A DNA stretch of 33,785 nucleotides, from positions 1-33,785 of the forward strand of contig QZJA01000006.1 in assembly GCA_003599205.1 (NCBI GenBank), written 5' to 3'. Positions 1 through 8,226 of this stretch are shown piece after piece. The position numbers and the translations under genes were made by a program. How positions within the stretch are numbered: position 1 is the stretch's first letter; every line of letters begins with the position of its first letter. This stretch comes from Candidatus Parcubacteria bacterium. Its GTDB lineage: Bacteria > Patescibacteriota > Patescibacteriia > UBA1558 > GWA2-36-10. The notes under the pieces are model-generated. The model had not been told where the DNA came from. It saw only the letters and a list, made by a program, of their open reading frames with translations, and made no database searches.

Positions 1-1
1 T

Positions 2-1057
2 GGCAATGTCGGCATTGGCACCAATGATCCAAAATCAGCTTTGCATGTGGCCAGCGATGTAGCCAATGGTAGTGATCTTAGATTACTTAATACTACTGGA
101 GACATGAGTATTATTTTTCAAGAATATATTGGTCCAAGTGACAACGGAGATTTTTTTGTCACTTACAATGGCGGTACTGGTGGTTTTGCTAATTGGCTGG
201 AATTCAAAGGTAAACCAGGCTCTCAAAATCTAGACGACGGTCGCCCAGTCATGACGCTACAAAGAGACTATAATGCTCCAAACAATACTTACAAAGGAGT
301 GGGTATTGGCGTACCACAACTGCATAATATAAATGCTAAACTTCGAGTGCAGAACTACGGCACGGAAGATATTCTCCAGCTTTACGATGGTAATAATATT
401 ACTTTCCAGGTCAAAGACGGAGGAGCTGTTGGTATTGGTGGAACTAATGTACATACAGGTACTCCTTTATTCATCAATGGCTCAGGCGGAACTACTGGAC
501 TTAAATTATATCCAGAAGGTATTCATTCTTGGAATACCACTGGTCTTGAGTTAAAGGCTACTAATGATATTTATTTAAATCCGGGAGCAGATAATGGTGT
601 GGGTGTAGACGTGATAAATCCACAACAAATTTTACATGTCAAAAATCCAGCAGATAGTTTTGCGGATACAAAATTTAGGTTGGATAATAGTTATACTAGT
701 TCTTTCCTTAATCAAACAACACAAATAGAATTTTCTCGTGGACCTAATATAGCGACTCATTATTCTTGGTTTGGACCAAGTAATGCTGGTACTTTTGATA
801 TTTGGACAAATGAAGACATACCAATAGTCTTTGGTTCAAATAATCTAGAATTAGCAAGAATGAGTGAGACAGATTTGACTCTGGCCGGATACTTAAAGTT
901 GGGGACACAGTCTGGAATTCCGAGTGCCCTTGATTGTTTGGTAGTAGGGGATATGGGTAGAATGAAAATGGATACTAGAACAGGTATTATTTATGCTTGC
1001 GTAGGTGATCCTAACAATGGTGTACCTGGCACTTGGAAGACAATAACACTTCAGTAG
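2..1057 (+). CDS. Secreted repeat protein, 5'-truncated by the window edge; function unknown
   Basis: The frame is open from nt 2, before the listed ATG at 41. Translation starts GNVGIGTNDPKSALHV, the same V-G-I-G...LHV-type repeat seen again inside this ORF and in the next ORF. The C-terminal DC...T.TG...C...GT.W module is shared with 1093-2325. Confidence 0.7.
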   Translation, partial: GNVGIGTNDPKSALHVASDVANGSDLRLLNTTGDMSIIFQEYIGPSDNGDFFVTYNGGTGGFANWLEFKGKPGSQNLDDGRPVMTLQRDYNAPNNTYKGVGIGVPQLHNINAKLRVQNYGTEDILQLYDGNNITFQVKDGGAVGIGGTNVHTGTPLFINGSGGTTGLKLYPEGIHSWNTTGLELKATNDIYLNPGADNGVGVDVINPQQILHVKNPADSFADTKFRLDNSYTSSFLNQTTQIEFSRGPNIATHYSWFGPSNAGTFDIWTNEDIPIVFGSNNLELARMSETDLTLAGYLKLGTQSGIPSALDCLVVGDMGRMKMDTRTGIIYACVGDPNNGVPGTWKTITLQ

Positions 1058-1092
1058 TATATTTTTAATATTTAAAATTTTAATCAACGGCT

Positions 1093-2325
1093 ATGTTTAA
1101 AAAAATAAACAATTGGCATTTATCACTCATGATTATTATTGTGTCTGTCTTGAGTGTATCTTTGATACAGCAATACGCTTTTGCTCAGTGGTCTCCACCT
1201 TCTACAGCTCCGGGCGGATCAGCTATCAATCATCTAGTGGTAACGCCAATGAGTGAAAATTTGAATTTGAATGGTTCAACTATTGTTGATCCGGGAACAG
1301 ACGCTAATTTTTCTATTGATCCAGCTGGGCCAATAGGAATCACCACCAAAGGTGCATCATTTGACGGTGATGTGGCTATCACTAGTGGTAATGAGTTGTG
1401 TTTTGACAGTGATTGTCGGGATTGGGCAGAACTAGTGGCTAGCATTGGACCGGATACTGATTGGACAGAGAGTGGTAGTGATGTTTATCGTTTGTCTGGT
1501 GATGTTGGTATTGGTTTGAATTCTCCTGATTACAAGCTACATCTTTATGATGGTACTTATACTTTGAAATTTGACGGCAATGAAATATTACACCCCGAAG
1601 CCAGTCCTTTGTATGTACGCTCTGGTGCTGATATAAAATTTGAACCTGATGCTTTGTCTAGTAAAGTGACTTTTAAGAGCTCTGGTTATGTTGGTATTGG
1701 TACTGAAAGTCCTAATAAAAATTTGCACGTTTTTGCCGAAGCCGCTAACGCCGAAATTGATCTCCAAAGCGGTTCAGCTCTGACACATTGGGGTATTTAT
1801 CAAGATAGTAGTAATGAAGATCTTTATTTTTGGAATGACGATAATCGAGTAATCTTTACTAACGAAGGCCGAGTTGGTATCAATAAGCCAGCACCAAACG
1901 CTATGCTTGATATAGAAGCTAGTGGTGTTAGTGCTATCCACGCTGAGTCTGCTAATGCTAGCTATCACCCTATTTCTGGTGAAAATTCAGCTTCTTTGGG
2001 CACGGCAGTCTTGGGTCAGGGATATTATGGTGTGCGCGGTGAATCAACTATTTCTGGAGGTTCAGCTATCTACGGCAATCAGTCTTCAGGCGCTTATGCG
2101 GGATATTTTACAGGTAACGTCAAAGTGGCCAACAACGGCACCAGTATAGGTTATTTTCAATTCAACGTAGTAACTGCCGATCCACCAAGTTCTGATTGTG
2201 CTTCAGTCTACGACAGGGGTAAGGCAGTTTTTAATACTACTACTGGAGAATTGATTATCTGTAATTTTAATAAGACCATTGGCACTGATTGGGATCGTTT
2301 TGAAAGAGCGATAGAGTTACCTTAG
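1093..2325 (+). CDS. Secreted or membrane-anchored repeat protein, paralogous in motif content to the upstream ORF; function unknown
   Basis: N-terminal hydrophobic segment LSLMIIIVSVLSVSLI. Repeats GDVGIGLNSPDYKLHLY, GYVGIGTESPNKNLHVF and GRVGINKPAPNAMLDIE. C-terminal SDCASVYDRGKAVFNTTTGELIICNFNKTIGTDW module. Confidence 0.75.
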   Translation: MFKKINNWHLSLMIIIVSVLSVSLIQQYAFAQWSPPSTAPGGSAINHLVVTPMSENLNLNGSTIVDPGTDANFSIDPAGPIGITTKGASFDGDVAITSGNELCFDSDCRDWAELVASIGPDTDWTESGSDVYRLSGDVGIGLNSPDYKLHLYDGTYTLKFDGNEILHPEASPLYVRSGADIKFEPDALSSKVTFKSSGYVGIGTESPNKNLHVFAEAANAEIDLQSGSALTHWGIYQDSSNEDLYFWNDDNRVIFTNEGRVGINKPAPNAMLDIEASGVSAIHAESANASYHPISGENSASLGTAVLGQGYYGVRGESTISGGSAIYGNQSSGAYAGYFTGNVKVANNGTSIGYFQFNVVTADPPSSDCASVYDRGKAVFNTTTGELIICNFNKTIGTDWDRFERAIELP

Positions 2326-2355
2326 ATGTTAATTTTTAAAATCTCTTAGATATAA

Positions 2356-4560
2356 ATGAAAGCTATTTTTGATTTTCATTTTTATAGTCGAATAGCGGTT
2401 TTGGCGATTTTTGTTTTGGCTGCTTGGTCTTGGCACCAAGCTTTGGAGAGTAGAGCGGACATTCCGGCTGCCAATCCGCCCAGAGAAAATATAAAAATAG
2501 GTGGCTGGGCTTGGTCAGAAATAAGTGGCTGGGTCAGCTTGAATTGTAAAAATGATGTTGACGGTGACGGCATCATAGATGATGCTTGTAATGGCACGGC
2601 TGGTGAGTGGGGACTTTATACAGAAAATGATTATGTTAAGGGTTGTGGTTATTCAGGTACGATTTTGACCGGTTCAACTCCTTTGGGTTGGATTTGTTGG
2701 TCTGATCCCGGTGGTACTTTGGCACCAGTAGCTGGTGTACCTGTTTATGATGGTAGCCCAGTAGCAACTGAGCCGAGAAATAATCTAAATCAAAGTAGCT
2801 ATGCTAGTATTTTATCTTTTGAAGGCATAGCTTCTGGCTCTAGTGAGCTTCGTTTTCCTATTGCTGACGCTAGCGTCGGCAGTGGTGAGATAGAGGGGTG
2901 TTTTAATTGTTATAGAGATCCGGTATTTGCTTGCGATGTGGGTTCAGGATCATGTGATTGTGCTCCTGACATCTATGGTAATGTACCAGACAGTTGTTCA
3001 GATGTGGCTAATTGTCCGGACTACGGCGATCCACCAACTCCTGATGTTTGTAAAATCGCATATTACGCTGATAAGTGTGATAATTGTTTGGATTATACCT
3101 ATTATAATGGCGTTTGTAGCGATGATCCTAATAGGGTTTGTACCACTGACGATAATTGTAACACCGGTGAGTACTGTCGGAATATGAGCACTTGTAGTGA
3201 AAATCCTGATATCAATTGTACTGATGGTATTTATGCTTGTTCAGGCATTTGTGTAGAAAGACAGTTAGGTGAATTCAAAGAAATTTTATCTGGTTGGGAT
3301 TGTAGTACTTGTACTTTTGAGGATGTCGATGGCATAGTAGTGAACAATAAATCATGCGGTGTGAATGCTTATGGCTATAATATAAATAGTTGTGCGACCT
3401 GTTCGGTCTATTATAATACTCCGGGAGTTACTTTGGATAATAGACATAATAAGGTATTGCCGGAATCTAATCCTAATAATACTTGCGATCCAGCAGAGAC
3501 AGACCCCTCTGAATCTGATTTTTGTTTGCGAGGTGATCTCTGTGGCTGGGCTTGGAATGCTTGGGATGCTGGCAATTCCGGTCTTGGCTGGTTTCAATTT
3601 TCTCCGCGAATCACTACTACCACCAAACCATATTTTTCCATTGAAGGTGGCAAAATTTATTCAAAAAAAGATATTTTTAATCGTTATACACCACCGTTTG
3701 GTCAATACAATGCTACTTATTTGATAGAAGCTGGTGGTACTATTACCAATTTAGTCAGTTCTAGTACTTTGTCCGGCGTTTATCAAGGTGAACTCGGTGG
3801 TCGGCCAATAATTAATTTTTTGGCTAAAACCGACACTAAGTATAGCAATGCTTTGGGTACAATAGATTATGATGGTCTGGTATCAGTTTCTGAAGAGCGG
3901 GGCTCAGATTACTATAATAAATACGGTTCGCTTATATCAACCATAGAAACCTCTGAAGTGGAGAATTTTGAAAGTGAATTTTTGGTAGCGGCCAACGGAA
4001 AAGTAGTTTATGTACCAGCGGCAAGTTTGGCGGGGGTAGGAGAAACTTTAACTATAAATCAGGATATTACTTTTAATAAAGGAGATGTCGCGCCCTCACC
4101 AGTTAATAGAGCATCGGCAGTTATAGTAATTGAGGGGGATCTAATCATTCAAAATGATATTAATTATGAAGCTGGTACGGGCCCGGCTATAGAGAATTTG
4201 AAACAAATACCTTCTATAGTTTGGATTGTCAAAGGTTCGGTTTTGGTTATGCCTAATGTGCAAAATTTAGCGGGAACTTTTGTGATTTTAGGCAAGGAAG
4301 GTCTTCAAGATTGTTCAGCTGTTAGTCCGGATTTTAGCTGTGGTTTATTTATAGCCTCCAGTAATTCCAATGGTACTGATCCGCAACTTCAGGTAAGCGG
4401 TAATGTGTTGGCTAGAAGATTTTATTTGAATAGGGATTACGTAGCCAATCGGGAGCCATCTGAAAAATTTATTAATGACGGCAGACTTCAAGCCAATCCG
4501 CCTTTGGGCTTGGAAAATTTGAGTAAAGTTATCCCCAGATTTAGTGAAAGCCCTTTTTAG
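2356..4560 (+). CDS. Large cysteine-rich secreted protein (734 aa), function unknown
   Basis: N-terminal TM/signal segment IAVLAIFVLAAW. Two W-rich motifs: GGWAWSEISGWVSLNC and CGWAWNAWDAGNSGLGWFQFSP. The central ~200 aa are dense in Cys (many CxxC / CxC spacings). The C-terminal third has an alternating hydrophobic pattern. Confidence 0.75.
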   Translation: MKAIFDFHFYSRIAVLAIFVLAAWSWHQALESRADIPAANPPRENIKIGGWAWSEISGWVSLNCKNDVDGDGIIDDACNGTAGEWGLYTENDYVKGCGYSGTILTGSTPLGWICWSDPGGTLAPVAGVPVYDGSPVATEPRNNLNQSSYASILSFEGIASGSSELRFPIADASVGSGEIEGCFNCYRDPVFACDVGSGSCDCAPDIYGNVPDSCSDVANCPDYGDPPTPDVCKIAYYADKCDNCLDYTYYNGVCSDDPNRVCTTDDNCNTGEYCRNMSTCSENPDINCTDGIYACSGICVERQLGEFKEILSGWDCSTCTFEDVDGIVVNNKSCGVNAYGYNINSCATCSVYYNTPGVTLDNRHNKVLPESNPNNTCDPAETDPSESDFCLRGDLCGWAWNAWDAGNSGLGWFQFSPRITTTTKPYFSIEGGKIYSKKDIFNRYTPPFGQYNATYLIEAGGTITNLVSSSTLSGVYQGELGGRPIINFLAKTDTKYSNALGTIDYDGLVSVSEERGSDYYNKYGSLISTIETSEVENFESEFLVAANGKVVYVPAASLAGVGETLTINQDITFNKGDVAPSPVNRASAVIVIEGDLIIQNDINYEAGTGPAIENLKQIPSIVWIVKGSVLVMPNVQNLAGTFVILGKEGLQDCSAVSPDFSCGLFIASSNSNGTDPQLQVSGNVLARRFYLNRDYVANREPSEKFINDGRLQANPPLGLENLSKVIPRFSESPF

Positions 4561-4567
4561 GTAACTC

Positions 4568-4597
4568 TTGGATATAAATAGCAAAATGTGTTATAAT
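4568..4597 (+). promoter_or_regulatory. Sigma70-like promoter for the pilM operon: TTGGAT, 18 nt, TGtTATAAT (extended -10)
   Basis: TTGGAT at 4568-4573 and TATAAT at 4592-4597, preceded by TGt. It lies in the only sizeable intergenic gap upstream of pilM. Confidence 0.5.
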
Positions 4598-4643
4598 TAT
4601 ATAAACATTTTGTTTTAAATTGTTAAAATCTTTCGCAGAAATT

Positions 4644-5855
4644 ATGAAATTATTTTCTAGTGCAACTAGTTACTTAGGAATTGATATTGGTACATCCAGC
4701 ATTAAGATGGTGGAACTTGAAAACTACAAAGATCAGGCCAGATTGAAGACCTATGGTTATGCTGAAGTTTCTACTAATGTTTTACGTGGTAATATAGAAA
4801 GAAATAATCAGTTGGTAGCTGATTATATCAACAATATAGCTCGAAAATCTCAAGCTCAAACTAGGCAAGTAGTGGCCGCACTACCGACTTTTTCGGTTTT
4901 TAATTTTATTATAAATTTGCCGCCAATGCCCAAAAAAGACCTAGCTTCAGCCATAAAATGGGAAGCTAAAAAGTTTATTCCCGTGCCGATAGAGGAGATG
5001 ATACTTGACTGGAAAATTCTAAACAAAAAAAAGGTAGATAGTGGCGGTAAAAAAGACCTAGTTGGTGGAATTTTGGGCAATAAAGACGGAAAAACTCCTC
5101 AAAATGAAGCTTCATCAGACCAGTCTAGTATTGATAATTTGTCAGACAACGGGGCCAAAGATATGGTTGCTGGCAAAGCTGACTCAGAGGTGCTTGAGTA
5201 CAAGAGTAAACAGTCAGACAAAAATTATCGGATATTACTTACAGCTGCTCCCAAAAATTTGGTAGCGCGCTATATAGATATTTTCAAAAGAGCAAAATTT
5301 AATTTGCTTAGTTTAGAGACGGAGGCTTTTGCCTTGTCACGTTCTCTGATTGGTAATGATTTGTCTACCGTTATGATAGTCGATATCGGAGCGACTAATG
5401 CTGATATTTGTATTATTGAGCAGGGTGTACCGATATTGAATCGTGGTATTGATACGGGCGGTGAATTTATCACCAAAACTATCATGAATAGCTTGAATGT
5501 AAATCAAGAAAGAGCAGAACAATTCAAAAGAGATTTTGGTTTGTCTGATATTGGTGGCTACAAAAATGTTCCCGATGTAATTCAGAAATCTTTGAATTCT
5601 ATCATCAATGAAATAAAATATGTTTTTGAAATTTATCAAAAACAAGGCACGGTCAAAATTGACAAAATAGTTTTGACTGGCGGAAGTTCATTTTTGCCAA
5701 ATTTACCAAATTATTTATCTGAGTTATTAGATTTGCCGGTAGTTATCGGTGATCCTTGGGATAGAGTCATTTATCCTTTGGATCTAAAGCCAATTTTGCA
5801 AGAAATTGGTCCGAGAATGTCAGCGGCAATTGGTTTAGCTATGCGCGATATTTAA
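4644..5855 (+). CDS. pilM: Type IV pilus assembly protein PilM (actin-like ATPase fold)
   Basis: MKLFSSATSYLGIDIGTSSIKMVEL N-terminus, later VDIGATNADICII and LTGGSSFLPNL. The ORF track starts at TTG 4620; ATG 4644 gives the typical PilM N-terminus. Either start is possible. Confidence 0.85.
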   Translation: MKLFSSATSYLGIDIGTSSIKMVELENYKDQARLKTYGYAEVSTNVLRGNIERNNQLVADYINNIARKSQAQTRQVVAALPTFSVFNFIINLPPMPKKDLASAIKWEAKKFIPVPIEEMILDWKILNKKKVDSGGKKDLVGGILGNKDGKTPQNEASSDQSSIDNLSDNGAKDMVAGKADSEVLEYKSKQSDKNYRILLTAAPKNLVARYIDIFKRAKFNLLSLETEAFALSRSLIGNDLSTVMIVDIGATNADICIIEQGVPILNRGIDTGGEFITKTIMNSLNVNQERAEQFKRDFGLSDIGGYKNVPDVIQKSLNSIINEIKYVFEIYQKQGTVKIDKIVLTGGSSFLPNLPNYLSELLDLPVVIGDPWDRVIYPLDLKPILQEIGPRMSAAIGLAMRDI

Positions 5856-5858
5856 AAT

Positions 5859-7142
5859 ATGACGGCTGATAAAGGTATCAATTTAATGCCCGAAGACCTA
5901 AGGTCTAAGGAAGACGAAGCTCTGGCAAAAAAGAGGAGTGTTTTTGATCTTGATTTAGTAACGCCAAATTTGACTCCAGGGCAGGCAACAGGTAAACCAA
6001 CTGGCGGTCAAGAATCTTTTTGGTCAAAATTTTTGGCTATTTTTAAGCCAAAAGTAAAAGAGCCAAAGATCAAGGAAAATAAGGTCAAAGATAATGATGG
6101 TTCTATTTTAGCCAGAGAAATAAAGAGAAACAAAGATACCCATAAAGAAGTAGAAGTAGTAGAGCACAAAATAGCTCAGCCGCAAACACCAGCAATAAAT
6201 CTGGCCAAAGCAAAAAACGGCAATGGCTCTATCTTGGCCAGAGAAATAAAGAGAAATGGCTATGATAAATTGCCGGAAACAAAACCAGAACTACCAAAGA
6301 TTGAGGAAAAGCAAATAAAAAATGATTTTTTCATTCCTGAAGAGCCAAAGCTACAGGTGATGTCTCAGCCGAAACCAGAACCAGAAGTACCACAGCCAGA
6401 GAAGAAAGACAAAGAGAAAAAAGAAGAAAAAAAGAAGGCCAAAAAACCCGAAAAAGATCAGGATAAAAATTTAGGCTTTCATGAACCAGAAGCTCGTGTA
6501 AAATCAAAATTCATGAGTGAAGGTGGGGGCGTTGATTTGATTCCGACTTCAGTCAAGGTTAGGAGTTGGCGTCAGATCAGTAATTTGATTTTGTTATCTT
6601 TGATTGGTTCGGTGGTGATAGTAGGTATATTTTATGGTTCTTTGTTTATACAAGAGAGGAATATCAAGGCCAACCAAGCCAATCGTGATCGTCAAATATC
6701 TGATCTGGAGGTTGAAATATTAAAATTTGAAGCATTCAACCAGACGATTGATGTTTTGGGCAAAAATATAAAAATGACTCATGAGGCCTTAAACAAGCAT
6801 ATACACTGGATAAATTTCTTTGAGCTTTTGGAAAAGTATACGGTGTCTGATGTTTACTACCATGGTTTTGCTGCCGGCAATGATGGGGCTTTGACGCTCA
6901 GTGCTACTGGCGGATCATATGATTCCGTGGCTAAACAGCTCAAACTTTTACAGCAAGATGAGGCCAAAGAATTTGTTCAATCAGTTGCTATATCTGGTGC
7001 TCAGATGGGTGGTAGCGGAGTTGAATTTAGTATGGTTTTGGTCTTAAATCCGGATATATTTTATTACCAGGAAGATATTTTGGGAAATGACAATCAGGAC
7101 AATGATGATGATCAAGGGGATGACCAAGGTCAAAGGAACTAA
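5859..7142 (+). CDS. PilN-like bitopic pilus assembly protein with a long Lys/Glu-rich N-terminal extension and an acidic tail
   Basis: Lies directly after pilM. Single TM segment ILLSLIGSVVIVGIFYGSLFI followed by a coiled-coil-like segment (QISDLEVEILKFEAFNQ), which is the PilN architecture. About 230 aa of low-complexity sequence precede the TM segment. Confidence 0.6.
   Translation: MTADKGINLMPEDLRSKEDEALAKKRSVFDLDLVTPNLTPGQATGKPTGGQESFWSKFLAIFKPKVKEPKIKENKVKDNDGSILAREIKRNKDTHKEVEVVEHKIAQPQTPAINLAKAKNGNGSILAREIKRNGYDKLPETKPELPKIEEKQIKNDFFIPEEPKLQVMSQPKPEPEVPQPEKKDKEKKEEKKKAKKPEKDQDKNLGFHEPEARVKSKFMSEGGGVDLIPTSVKVRSWRQISNLILLSLIGSVVIVGIFYGSLFIQERNIKANQANRDRQISDLEVEILKFEAFNQTIDVLGKNIKMTHEALNKHIHWINFFELLEKYTVSDVYYHGFAAGNDGALTLSATGGSYDSVAKQLKLLQQDEAKEFVQSVAISGAQMGGSGVEFSMVLVLNPDIFYYQEDILGNDNQDNDDDQGDDQGQRN
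6099..6257 (+). repeat. Two copies of a 33-nt direct repeat (6099-6131 and 6225-6257, 29/33 identical) inside the PilN-like gene
   Basis: ggttctattttagccagagaaataaagagaaac versus ggctctatcttggccagagaaataaagagaaat. Both encode GSILAREIKRN. Confidence 0.85.
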
Positions 7143-7154
7143 TTTTTTATAAGA

Positions 7155-7850
7155 ATGACCAAAGATAAAGAAATAAAATTTGAACAGCCATCAGAAATAT
7201 TGATCATAGTCAATCGCTATGTGATGATTATTATGGCGGTGATTATATTGGGTATTTTGGCTTTGGGTTATTTTTTCTTATTATCACCAAAGATAGCTAG
7301 TATCAAAGTTATAGAACAAGAAACTACCGATATTGAGCAAAGGAGAATATTAAACGAAAATTTATTGACCAAGATAAAGCAGCTTCAGTTCGAGTATGAT
7401 GGTTTAATTGAAGACCGTGAAGGTCAACTGTCAAAGTTACTCAAAGTCATACCGGATGAACCACAACTAGCAGAATTGTTTGTTTTGACAGAAAGGCTAG
7501 CCAAGCAAAGAGGTTTTGAATTGCAATCAATAAATATTTCTGAAGGAAGCACTTCTTCTGGTTCGGTTAATCCCGATGGCAGTAGTGCTGTTGTGTCAGA
7601 AGAAGGTCTTAAATCTTTGGTTATACACGCCAATATAGCTTATGGTTCTGAAGCTGTAGAGGGTGACAAAAAACAATCTTCAGACGAAGAGGAAGTCAAA
7701 ACTCCTTACCAGATTTTCAAGCAGTACTTGGTTGATTTGGAAAATAATTTACGTTTGATGGATGTCCAAGCAGTTAGCTTTGGTTCACTTGATCCTACTT
7801 TGGAGGGAGCAGTAAGCTTTAGTTTTGATATTATTACTTATTATAAATAA
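7155..7850 (+). CDS. PilO-like bitopic pilus assembly protein
   Basis: Third gene of the pilM-N-O order. N-terminal TM segment VMIIMAVIILGILALGYFFLL followed by a coiled-coil region. Assignment rests on position and architecture only. Confidence 0.55.
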   Translation: MTKDKEIKFEQPSEILIIVNRYVMIIMAVIILGILALGYFFLLSPKIASIKVIEQETTDIEQRRILNENLLTKIKQLQFEYDGLIEDREGQLSKLLKVIPDEPQLAELFVLTERLAKQRGFELQSINISEGSTSSGSVNPDGSSAVVSEEGLKSLVIHANIAYGSEAVEGDKKQSSDEEEVKTPYQIFKQYLVDLENNLRLMDVQAVSFGSLDPTLEGAVSFSFDIITYYK

Positions 7851-7852
7851 TT

Positions 7853-8212
7853 ATGGCTAGTCACGATAGTAAAAAAACTTTGTATATACTATTTGCCGTT
7901 CTAGGAGTTGTCATTATCGGTGGCGGTATTTGGTTTTTCCAATTTATGAAGCCTGTAGAAACATTGACTTTTGATGTTGAGGGTGACGCTCAAGTAAGTA
8001 AAGTTTACGCCATCAAACAGCTGGCGGCCAAAAATGTCATTGATTTTATGGGTTCTAAGACCTCGCAGGCGACCATATTGGATCAGGTTTATAATGACCC
8101 CCAGTATCAGGCTTTAAAGGATTTTGAAGTTGTGATTGATATCAAAGAAGGTATTGGTAATGAAGAGCCATTTGCCCCGATAGTTTTAGAGGATGTTTCA
8201 GAAGAAGAATAA
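7853..8212 (+). CDS. Small membrane-anchored protein in the pilus operon, function unknown
   Basis: TM segment LYILFAVLGVVIIGGGIWFF and an acidic C-terminus. Tightly packed between the pilO-like gene and pilB. Confidence 0.6.
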   Translation: MASHDSKKTLYILFAVLGVVIIGGGIWFFQFMKPVETLTFDVEGDAQVSKVYAIKQLAAKNVIDFMGSKTSQATILDQVYNDPQYQALKDFEVVIDIKEGIGNEEPFAPIVLEDVSEEE

Positions 8213-8226
8213 AAATTTAGTTGTTT

